A stretch of 64,000 bases of DNA from Candidatus Hebobacterum abditum (GTDB lineage Bacteria; Armatimonadota; Hebobacteria; Hebobacterales; Hebobacteraceae). Under the pieces are notes generated by a model. The model was not told where the DNA came from. It searched no databases and saw nothing but the letters and a program-made list of their open reading frames with translations. Every line of letters starts with the position of its first letter. Position 1 is the first letter of the stretch. The stretch lies in NCBI GenBank assembly GCA_029821875.1, contig JALGXW010000011.1:15060-79059 (forward strand), written 5' to 3'. Shown here in pieces: positions 16,735-25,564 of the stretch. The position numbers and the translations under genes were made by a program.

Positions 16735-19700
16735 ATGCTTGGGCGAGGCAGACATTCCTATCCTCATATTCTGGTAGCCTTCCTGCTTGCGGCGGGCGTG
16801 CTATGCGCGCCGGCGCTGGGCGATTTCGAGTTGCCCGGTGCCGCGGGTCGGGCGGTATGGGAGGCGGAGGAGGCGGAGCAGGTCGACGCGTGGGAAATCA
16901 GCGCGCCCGGCGCGAAGGGCGCGCGGTACGTGCAGCCCAGCACCACGCACGGCGAGGCGACGCTGCTGTTCCCGTTTGAGGCAGAGGGGGCAACGACGCT
17001 GCGAGTGCGGCCGGTGTGGTGGCGCAACGGAGAGCAGAAGCTCGCCCGGCGATTCCCCTATCCATTGGCGAGGAAGCCGGGGCCGGACGTGGTGGACTTC
17101 GTCGGGGGGAAGGTGTTCTGCACCGCGCCGGAGGCGGGGAACGTGCTGATCGTCGGTGCGGCCGAGGAGAAGGTAGTGGGGTCAGTGGCGGTGGGCGGAT
17201 ACCTGACCGACCTCGTAGCGGATCGCGAGGCGGGGAAGGTGTACGTGGCCGATGCGCTTGGCGACCGGGTGGTCGTGATCAACGCCGAGCGGCCAAGCGT
17301 GGTGGGGGGATTCAGCGTGTCGGGGAGCCCGTGGGCGCTTGCGCTGGATGGCGGGACTCTGTACGTCGCGTGTCGTGATGGGAAGCGCGTGGTCGCGCTC
17401 AGCGCGGCGTCGGGCGAGGTGAAAGGGGAGGCGCACTTCGAGGCCGCACCGATCGGTGTGGCGCTGGTGGGGGAGGGGGAGAAGCAGCTAGTCGTCCGCT
17501 TCCAAGAGCAGGCGTTTGATGTCTTCACGCTGGAGGAACTGACTCCGGACGAGGAGCGGTTCGCGGCCCTCGACATGACCGGCAAGCCGCCGGCCGGCTG
17601 CGGCGGGCCGACGTGTGACTGCAAATGGGTGGAGGCGGTGGGGCCGCACCAGATCGCGATCGTGAGTGAGAAGCGACGCGAGATCGTGGATGTGAGCGTC
17701 GTAACGCGTCGGCCGGAGGCGGCCGGTCTCGAGGGGCAGCTGCCTGAGAACCCAGGGCCCTGTGCACTCGCGATGATGTACATAGGGGAGCCGCCGCGCA
17801 AGCAAGTGGGGTTCTTCACCGCGCCGAGCAGGGGACTGGTGGGAGTTGTGGACCTCGACAACGGCGTGCTTGAGGACCCAGTTCTCGTGGGAGGGTATCC
17901 GGCGGGGCTGACGCGCGATGAGGATAACGAGAAGTTGTACGTGTGTGATGCCGCGGGCGACCGGGTGGTGGTGATTGATGCCGCAACTCGGCAGGTGGTG
18001 CGCGAGATCGCCGTCGCCGGGCAGCCCTGGTCGGTCGTGCTCGTGAAGGAAGTGGCCTGGCAGCGCCCCGGTGATTGGCAGCCGCGGCGGGGAGAGGGGC
18101 CGATCATCGAGCCAACGCAGGTGAACCGGCTATACGTGGCCTGTCGCGAGACGGAGGAGCTAGTTGCGATCGATCTGGAGACGGAGGAAGTCGTGGCACG
18201 CGCACGACTACGGGGTGAGCCGAGCCGGGCAGAGTTCGTGTCAATGCCATCTCCCGCCTGGTGGCCGGTGATGGCCGATGATCGGATCCCATTCGCGCTC
18301 CACCCGCGGCTGGCCGTGGCAAGGCGGCCGGTCTGGATCGACCCGGAGACGCTGGCGGCAACAGCTGCGCCGTCGGGCACCCTCGATGCCTTGCCGCGGC
18401 GGACCGAGGCGCAAGTCCCCGTGGGCGGCGCGACGAAGACGTTCGCCGCGGACAATGAGCTCGTCTTGGGCGTTGATGGAGAACGCTGGATCGACCTGAG
18501 CGAGGCGGCGGACGCGCAGCGGATGGCGGCCCGGCCGCTGCACGCGAAGGAGATGCCCGGCACGATCACGGTCTCGCTCGACGAAGGACCCGAGTACGAC
18601 TGGGCGCGTAGCATCTGGACAGCACCGGACAGCGAGCTGTTCCTGGTCAATGACTCGGACGAGTTCTGGCGCTACAACGCGGTGAGCGTGCCTGTGGAGC
18701 CGGGCAGGCACGTCCTCCGGGTGAAGGCGCACAGTCCCTACGCGCGGTTCGATGCGCTTGTGGTCAGGCGGTCGCTGGAGCCCGATCTGCTGATGGAGGT
18801 AGTTCCCGAACCGCGCGCAGTGCACGACCAAGTGCCACTCGCGTCATACCAAGGCGTGTTCTACGACGAGGAACCGGTGCGGTTCACGGTCGCGGTGACC
18901 AACAGAAGCGAGAAGCCGGTCCGCCTGCAGTGGGGAGGTTCCCTGCGCAACTACCTGGGTGAGGTGCTGGAGGAGTTCGGGGACGAAGAGGTGCTGACCG
19001 TCGAGGGGGGAGATACCGTCACGATGCCGCTGGCGTTTGAGCCCGAAGAGACGGGCCGGTTCGCGCTGAGGGTGGGTTGTGTCTCCTGGGGGGCACCGCG
19101 GGGGACGCTGGTCAGGGACGTGCGCTTCGTTCGGCTGCCCAAGCTCGAGCATCCGCGTCTGTTCTGGCGCGCAGACGAAGAGAACGACATCCGGGCGCGC
19201 ATCGCGCAGTACCCGAACCTGTTTCGGCGCTACGGCGAGTGGCTGGAGCGGATGGCGCAGCGGGAGGGCAGGTTCCCGGAGCGGTTCCTGCCCCCGGGGA
19301 TCACGCGGGACGAGCTGATGGCGGCTGCGCCGGAGGACATGCCGCAGTGGGAGAAACGGGAGGGCTGCGGCTGGCGGATGTATGAGCTCGGGTGGCGGGT
19401 GTTGGCCGCTCAGTTCGTGCAGCGCTTCCTGAAGCCGGACAGCGCGACGCTGAGCAGCAAGATCGAGGGACTGCGCGGCGCGGAGAGGGCCCAAAGCTAC
19501 ATCCAGTACCACCACCACGGCCCCTTCTTCCCCGGGACCGCGGCCTCACTGGTGGACTTCGCTCCTGGGGAAGCACGGCAGGAGATGAAGCTCGACGACT
19601 TCTTCGAGCAGCACATGGGGGACACGAACACACTGCCGTGGACCCTGGTGATGATCGAGGAGCCGCTGACACCCGTAAAGCGGGCGCTTGTCTACGAGTT

Positions 19701-21348
19701 GGCGACATGGACGACCAATGCAGAGAGGTACTTCGAGGCCCGTCGGGGGGAGCGAGGCGGTCCGTGGTGGCTCGACCCGTATACAGGATGCCGGTGCCCG
19801 AACAGCGGGTACACCATCAGCTTCGTGCTGATGAGCAACTTCCTCGGGGAGCCGCGGGTGTTCGAGAACCCGATCTTCCGCGGCTACCTCACGTTCCAGC
19901 GATACGCCGACCCGATTCGCGACAACCGCACACTCATGCCCGGGCGGAGAGGGCCGAACGGCGAGCCGTGGCGGTGGCTGCTGAGCGCGCTCTGCCGGCA
20001 TCCTGTCGACAAGTCGGTCTACGGATGGGAGGAGTGGGTCGAGACGATGGAGGGGCCTTTGCCCGATGACGAGGAAGCGGCCGTGGATAGTCTCATGGCG
20101 CTGGAGGGGCGCGAGCTCGCCGGGCCGCTGTACGGGAACACGCACTACTTCGTGTCGGGCGTGGCCGTGCCGGTAGCACTCGCCCTTGGCTGGTACGATC
20201 CTGGCGCGCCGGAGGTGCAACCGGACGAGCTGCCGCCAACGGCCGCCTTCGATGTGGAGGGCTGGGTGGCGATGCGGTCCGGCTGGGATTTCCAGGCGAC
20301 CGAGGTGACGTTCGTCTCGGGCGTGAGGGACCACACGACGCGACACAAGCCAAACCACGTCACGATTGTGAAGAGTGGGGAGTTTCTACTCGGGACGCCG
20401 AGCCTGCTTTGGGATGACGGCAACAACGTGGGCGTCTGGGGGAACAGCGTCGTGGTCGGTGACGACTGGACCGAGCAGTGGCGGATGAACCTCCAACACC
20501 CGCGGGATGGCGAGCACATGGTTATCAACCGGTTCTCCCCGTGGAACTGGACCTACATCGCGCGGGACCGGCACATGGCGGGGTACAGACCTTCGGAGCA
20601 GGCCTGGGGCGGGGGACTGAACCTGCACGGACACACCGAGACGATGTTCATGAACGAGGGTCGATTGCTGGCCTACCAGACGTGGCCCGACCTAGACTAC
20701 GTCGCCGGCGACGCGAGCAACGCTTGGCGGTGCGAGGAGGTGGCACAGCTCGACCGGCAACTCGTGTTCCTCAAGCCCGACGTAGTAGTCGTCTACGACC
20801 GGGTGAAGCTCGGGCCGGAGGCCGATGAATCCCGGTGGCTGGCTGCAACGGGGCTGCATCTGCAGATCGAGGGGAGCACGTTCCGCGTGTTGAGCCGGTC
20901 ACGGTGCTTGGTGGGGGCGGTCGTGCTGCCAGACGAAGCGGTGCTCGCGACCCCAGAGCTCCCGGAGGACGCGTGGTATTGGCGCGGACAGCAAGCGCTC
21001 GAAGTGAGGCCGCCCGGACCGCGCGACGAAGTGGAATACCTCGTGGTGATGCGAGTCGGCGAGCCATGGCCGGCCTACCCGCGGCCGGAGCTGATCGAGC
21101 GTGAGGGCCGGGTGGGCGTGAGGCTGACGCTGGAGGATCGGGAGATCGCGGTGGCCTTCAACCGCGGCGGTGCGGTCGGCGGTAGAGCCACCATCGAAGC
21201 GGACGGCACGGTGAGCCGCTACGATCTTCGCGAGGAGATCGTAGACAGCTACGCGGGGTGGCAAGATGACCCGCGGCACGAGAGGTGGGAGCAGGAGCGG
21301 TTTGGGTTCATGGTGCCCGAGGTAGCGGCCAGCTCGGGGCGACACTGA
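16735..21348 (+). CDS. secreted YVTN-type beta-propeller repeat protein fused to a heparinase II/III-like (polysaccharide lyase-like) region
   Basis: Signal peptide MLGRGRHSYPHILVAFLLAAGVLCAPALG. Repeated motifs GKVYVADALGDRVVVI / EKLYVCDAAGDRVVVIDA. The later region, with HPRLFWRADEENDIRARIAQYPNLF and HKPNHVTIVKSGEFLLGTPS, resembles DUF4962 plus heparinase II/III. Confidence 0.8.
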   Translation: MLGRGRHSYPHILVAFLLAAGVLCAPALGDFELPGAAGRAVWEAEEAEQVDAWEISAPGAKGARYVQPSTTHGEATLLFPFEAEGATTLRVRPVWWRNGEQKLARRFPYPLARKPGPDVVDFVGGKVFCTAPEAGNVLIVGAAEEKVVGSVAVGGYLTDLVADREAGKVYVADALGDRVVVINAERPSVVGGFSVSGSPWALALDGGTLYVACRDGKRVVALSAASGEVKGEAHFEAAPIGVALVGEGEKQLVVRFQEQAFDVFTLEELTPDEERFAALDMTGKPPAGCGGPTCDCKWVEAVGPHQIAIVSEKRREIVDVSVVTRRPEAAGLEGQLPENPGPCALAMMYIGEPPRKQVGFFTAPSRGLVGVVDLDNGVLEDPVLVGGYPAGLTRDEDNEKLYVCDAAGDRVVVIDAATRQVVREIAVAGQPWSVVLVKEVAWQRPGDWQPRRGEGPIIEPTQVNRLYVACRETEELVAIDLETEEVVARARLRGEPSRAEFVSMPSPAWWPVMADDRIPFALHPRLAVARRPVWIDPETLAATAAPSGTLDALPRRTEAQVPVGGATKTFAADNELVLGVDGERWIDLSEAADAQRMAARPLHAKEMPGTITVSLDEGPEYDWARSIWTAPDSELFLVNDSDEFWRYNAVSVPVEPGRHVLRVKAHSPYARFDALVVRRSLEPDLLMEVVPEPRAVHDQVPLASYQGVFYDEEPVRFTVAVTNRSEKPVRLQWGGSLRNYLGEVLEEFGDEEVLTVEGGDTVTMPLAFEPEETGRFALRVGCVSWGAPRGTLVRDVRFVRLPKLEHPRLFWRADEENDIRARIAQYPNLFRRYGEWLERMAQREGRFPERFLPPGITRDELMAAAPEDMPQWEKREGCGWRMYELGWRVLAAQFVQRFLKPDSATLSSKIEGLRGAERAQSYIQYHHHGPFFPGTAASLVDFAPGEARQEMKLDDFFEQHMGDTNTLPWTLVMIEEPLTPVKRALVYELATWTTNAERYFEARRGERGGPWWLDPYTGCRCPNSGYTISFVLMSNFLGEPRVFENPIFRGYLTFQRYADPIRDNRTLMPGRRGPNGEPWRWLLSALCRHPVDKSVYGWEEWVETMEGPLPDDEEAAVDSLMALEGRELAGPLYGNTHYFVSGVAVPVALALGWYDPGAPEVQPDELPPTAAFDVEGWVAMRSGWDFQATEVTFVSGVRDHTTRHKPNHVTIVKSGEFLLGTPSLLWDDGNNVGVWGNSVVVGDDWTEQWRMNLQHPRDGEHMVINRFSPWNWTYIARDRHMAGYRPSEQAWGGGLNLHGHTETMFMNEGRLLAYQTWPDLDYVAGDASNAWRCEEVAQLDRQLVFLKPDVVVVYDRVKLGPEADESRWLAATGLHLQIEGSTFRVLSRSRCLVGAVVLPDEAVLATPELPEDAWYWRGQQALEVRPPGPRDEVEYLVVMRVGEPWPAYPRPELIEREGRVGVRLTLEDREIAVAFNRGGAVGGRATIEADGTVSRYDLREEIVDSYAGWQDDPRHERWEQERFGFMVPEVAASSGRH

Positions 21349-21696
21349 AGAACGATGTCGTTGGGCGCGGAAGCCGGCGCCGGAACGCGTGTTGGTGGCG
21401 AGCGACGCGTGTGTAACGGGTATATCCGCCGAACGCGTGCCCATCCGCCAGTGCCTCGTCGGGCAGCGGGCATCGCGACAGAAGCCGAGGGGATGGTAAC
21501 GATGTAACGGCCGGCCCGATAGGTGACGCAACTTGCAGGACTGTCACATGAGCCAATGAGCCACTGGGCCGGTCTTCTTCTTTGTCAGGGGGGTGATCGC
21601 CAAGCTTGTCCCACATCCCCCGCGCAGGAATCCTAGGCCGTCTCGCCGGCTCCCCCACGCTTGGGGGACGCGGCGGGGTCCTACCGGAGATCGGGC

Positions 21697-23433
21697 ATGA
21701 CTGTGTCCGCGGAGACGAACAGCAGCGATAGCGAGAAGCGGCCTGCAAAGGCGCTCCTTGTCCTTCGAGTCCTGCTCGGGATGGCGCTTGCTCCGGGAAT
21801 CCTCATTGCCGTGGTTGCGGCCGCGTCCGGCCTCGTCGAGAGCGCCGACGCGCTCGATCTCTGGATGTCGGGCGTGGCCGACATGCTCGCCCTGCGGGCC
21901 GAGACGCTGGCTCTGCTTGTCGCGCTCGTAGTCGCCATCCCGGGTCTGATGCTCGCGGGTCTGCTAGCGCGCCCGCGCTGGTGGTTGCCGGCCGTGCTGC
22001 CCTTCCTCCTTGGCTGCCTCCTTTGGCACGTGATGATGCGCGACATCAGCGCAGGATACGCCTACCCTTACTACATACAGCTGCTGTCCGTCTTGCACGT
22101 GGCGGGGACGGGTGCCGCCTTGTTCTTCGGCTGGCTGGGCTCGCGCCTCGCGCGCGGTGCCGGGGCCAGACAGACGTTGATTGCCCTGGTGACCCTATGG
22201 ACTGGCGGAGTCTGTCTCCTCGCGCTGGGCCGCGCGGAGATGGGGGATGACTCGGCCCTCGCGTTCTGGTTGTTCGCCGCGGGCTTTGAGTTGGGCCTGG
22301 GCGTGGTCGCGCTCGTCGGTTACTGGACGAGAGAAAACAGAGACCTTCTCCAGGTGAGCTGGGTGCTCTGGTGTCTCGTGGCCCTGGCCGCGGTTGCCGT
22401 TGGGCGTGGACTGGCGGCGGCCGGAGCGCTGGCCTGGTACTCTCCGCTGCCAGCGCTTGTGGTCGGGGGCGCGGTGTTCTCTGCGCTTGGCCTCGTGGCG
22501 GCCGCGCTGAGGCGCTCGAAGGTGGCCAAACGCCTCACGCGGGCCAGGGCCGTCCTCGGTCTCGCGTGTGTTGCGTCAGCAGCGGTAACCATGGCGCTGG
22601 CCAGGCTCTTCCCTCACCCCGCGCTTGCCAGCGCCGGTGGCTCGGGCTACGTCCTTCTGTCTGTTTCCCCAGGACTGGCTTCCTCCGTCGAGTTTCGCGC
22701 CGACCGCGTGCGGATAGCAGGCAGCCCAGACGGCCTCGACGACGCGCCATGGGTGGCGAGCGATTCCGTCGCCCCACCATACACGACCTTCTTGCCAGTC
22801 GGGGTGCCAGTGCCGCGAGAACAGCTGCCACCTGGGTGTGCCGGAGTGCAGGCGCGCTTCCAACTGATAGACTTCGATTATCTCTCGTTCGGCGCGAGAC
22901 GATGGGGCAAGCGCGCGGCGCTCCACGACATGATGGGTATAGTTGATGTCGGCTATCTCTTCAGGGATGCAGGGGGAGGCGACTGGACATACTGGGTGGG
23001 CGCGGGCTGGTTTGACATATCGGCGTCGGCGGATGGATCAAAGTTGGTGGAGATTCCTGCCTCTCCCCCCGACCGACCTGAGCTGACACTCTCGGTAGAC
23101 CTCGAGCGCGAGGAGAGGCACCACGTCGGGTTCGGCCTACGGCTCACGAGCGCAGACCGCATCATCGAAGACGTCGAGCGGGACGGCGAGAGCGTGTTGG
23201 CCAGTCTCGTCGTCTCTGATGCATCCGGCAATAGAGTGGTCTCCACGCGGGGCACGCTTGACGATCTGGGCTTCACCTGAGGGGGCCCCTGCTACTCCGT
23301 GCGAGTAGCCGACCCGGGCAGCTACGTGTGCAAGGCTGCGATCGACGTTGGCCCGTTGGGCGGCATGCTTGAGGCCGAGTCGGCCTTCACGGTCCCCCAG
23401 CGGCCGCAGACACGTCGCCGGCTGAGCTACTGA
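21697..23433 (+). CDS. polytopic membrane protein with C-terminal extracytoplasmic domain; putative selenoprotein (in-frame TGA at 23278..23280)
   Basis: The ORF to 23280 is clear, with about 8 hydrophobic helices followed by a soluble domain. Reading TGA as Sec adds 50 codons (GGPCYSVRVADPGSYVCKAAIDV...) that are homologous to the post-TGA tail of the 24543 gene. A hairpin lies 10 nt after the TGA. Confidence 0.6.
23291..23309 (+). promoter_or_regulatory. putative bacterial SECIS hairpin
   Basis: GCUACUC-CGUGC-GAGUAGC is a perfect 7-bp stem with a 5-nt loop containing GU. It starts 10 nt after the TGA at 23278..23280. Confidence 0.55.
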
Positions 23434-23601
23434 CAGCGTCGTGTGGCGGCCTGCGGCGCACTGGCGCCGAGGGGGAGTTTGTGCTAACCTACGTGGAAGC
23501 CGACTGCGGCTCTCTAAGGGACACGACGCGCCTCGATCCCTCACGGACAGAGGGAGGGCTCGCTTTCGATAGAATGTGTCGCGACGAAAGGAGCTGCTGA
23601 G

Positions 23602-24480
23602 ATGAGATGGCTGCCTGTGCTGTTGCTGGTCGCGCTACTGCTTCCTGCTCCGGCCGAGGGTTCCTCGGAAGAGCCAGTGGCGGTCACTGCCCTTCTCTCG
23701 GGCGAGGTTGCACCTCTGGTCATCACGCTCGGCAGCCTCGACAGCGGGTGGTGCCGGTTCACCACTGGTGGGGGCGGAGGCACGGACATCTACTCCGCGA
23801 TGTATGGCATACAGCCCTCCCCCTACTACACAAAGGGAGAGACCGTCTGCGCTGGCGACCAAGTGTATCTGCTCGCCTACAAGACCGAGACCCGTCAGGC
23901 AGGCTACTTGGCACTCATGACTGGCCAGCGAGACATGGAGGATGTCCCCGCGGTCACGGCGGAGACGGAGCTCGGCCTGTGTCTTCTCAATCTCGCCACC
24001 ATCGGCAGCTTCCTTGACATCAGCGCCTTCGACCTGGAGTCGGAGATCCAACGCTACGCGGAGGCCGCCGAGCGGCTGGAGACCACTCTCGCGGGGATGC
24101 GGGGCGGCTATGATTACGAAGAGGGGGCCGCCGAGGACAACCTCGACGAGATCGCTCTGGCACTCGAGATGTACACCATCGACCACGGGGACGTTCTGCC
24201 TCCTATGTCTACGCAGGAGGAGTGGCAGGAGGCGCTAAGCTGGTACGTGGCTGACTTATCGGTCTTTGTCGATTCGGCGACGGCCGAGCCATATCCCATC
24301 AATGCATCTCTGTCAGGTGTGGAGCTGGCCTCGATGGAGGAGCCTGGGGAGATCGTCGCCGTCTACGAAGCTCAGCTTCGTGACGACGAGACACGAAAGG
24401 TCGTCTTTGCCGACGGCTCCACTGGATACATCGCCGAGGACGCCTGGGCCCAGATGAAGGCTGCATCGGGCATCCAATAA
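23602..24480 (+). CDS. secreted hypothetical protein
   Basis: Signal peptide MRWLPVLLLVALLLPAPAEG and SD GAAAGGAG upstream. The C-terminal half (NLDEIALALEMYTIDHGDVLPP...VFADGSTGYI) loosely resembles the conserved C-terminal module of DUF1559/pseudopilin-like proteins. Confidence 0.75.
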   Translation: MRWLPVLLLVALLLPAPAEGSSEEPVAVTALLSGEVAPLVITLGSLDSGWCRFTTGGGGGTDIYSAMYGIQPSPYYTKGETVCAGDQVYLLAYKTETRQAGYLALMTGQRDMEDVPAVTAETELGLCLLNLATIGSFLDISAFDLESEIQRYAEAAERLETTLAGMRGGYDYEEGAAEDNLDEIALALEMYTIDHGDVLPPMSTQEEWQEALSWYVADLSVFVDSATAEPYPINASLSGVELASMEEPGEIVAVYEAQLRDDETRKVVFADGSTGYIAEDAWAQMKAASGIQ

Positions 24481-24542
24481 GTTGATGGCCGGCAGGCAAG
24501 GGCCATGAGGGGCCGCCTTTTGGAGGCGAGTTAGGACCTGGA

Positions 24543-25373
24543 ATGCGACACGCGCTGAAGCTCAGTCTGGCATGTATGCTGCTGGCAGGGGCGCTGTTAG
24601 CCCCTGCCCACGCCGCGCCGAAGGCGGTCTACGTCAAGCTGACGTCAGGCACTGACGGCGGGCCGGTGGCGTACGCGGAGCTTCGAGGCAACGAGATCCG
24701 CGTGGCTCCCACCGTCGAGCGGCTCGTCGACGCAGAGGCCATAAAGGCAAGTGATGCCGGCCTCGAGCGCCATGGCAACATGGCCTATCAGCACGGCACG
24801 TTCCCTTCCGTCGACCTCCCGGCGCAGGACCCCGAGGTCGCGAAGGTGTCCGCCACATTCTCGGTGTGGCGCGCGGTGAGTCGGAGCCGGAGCCGACGTT
24901 GGGAAACAGAGAACTTCAGGGTCAGCGCCGAGATATCGTTCGCTAAGCGCGGCCCCGGCGGCGCGGTCTGGACCTATGTGTTCAGCTCCCACGCCGAGGC
25001 GAGCGCGGCGACGCAGCCGTCGAAGGCCGCCAGCCTCGCCATCCCGCCCCTTGAGAAACTCCAACTGAGTATGGAGACCCAGGTGAAGGGGAGAGAGGCG
25101 GGCATTGGCCTGCGGCTGAAGTCGGGCGAAGTCGTTCTCACCCACGTGCGCCGCAACGGCGATGCCGCCGTGTGCACGCTGGAGATCTATGACCGGCAGG
25201 GACAGAAGGTGAGCACCCACAAGGGCGATCTCCAGAAGTTCGGGTTTACCTGATCGGGACCATGCTACTCCGTGAGAGTGGCCAATCGAGGATCGTATGT
25301 AGTCAAGGCGACGGCGGATGTGAGCGCGGATGGCCAGCCGCTGACCGCGGAGGCGAAGCTCTTCGTTCGCTGA
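24543..25373 (+). CDS. secreted protein, paralog of the C-terminal domain of the 21697 gene; putative selenoprotein (in-frame TGA at 25251..25253)
   Basis: Signal peptide MRHALKLSLACMLLAGALLAPAHA. Reading through the TGA adds SGPCYSVRVANRGSYVVKATADVSADGQPLTAEAKLFVR. A hairpin lies 10 nt after the TGA. A rho-independent terminator follows the extended stop, not the TGA. Confidence 0.6.
25264..25282 (+). promoter_or_regulatory. putative bacterial SECIS hairpin
   Basis: GCUACUC-CGUGA-GAGUGGC is a 7-bp stem with one U-G wobble replacing the U-A pair seen in the paralog, and a 5-nt loop with GU. It starts 10 nt after the TGA. Confidence 0.55.
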
Positions 25374-25397
25374 ACTGCTGGCGCGGATACTGCAATG

Positions 25398-25432
25398 GCG
25401 CCACGGCCCGGATTGGGTCGTGGCGCTTTCTT
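25398..25432 (+). terminator. rho-independent terminator candidate
   Basis: 8-bp stem GCGCCACG ... CGTGGCGC followed by TTTCTTCGTG, located 25 nt after the extended stop at 25373. Confidence 0.55.
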
Positions 25433-25564
25433 CGTGTCCTCGCGGGGACGGCGAGCAAGCGGGCCAGGCGAGCAGCCGGCGTGGCCGGACGTGAGGAGCA
25501 CAGCTCGGGAGGCTGCTGAGAGACTGCCGGCGCTGACGCCGGCCGGGATATGTGAGAGGACGGC

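Noticed and set aside
17058-18650. 530-aa minus-strand ORF (plus several 80-270-aa ORFs between 17 and 21 kb)
   Set aside because: It is antisense to or out of frame with the 1537-aa beta-propeller/heparinase-like gene. The composition is Ser/Arg/Pro/Thr-rich with no recognisable domains.
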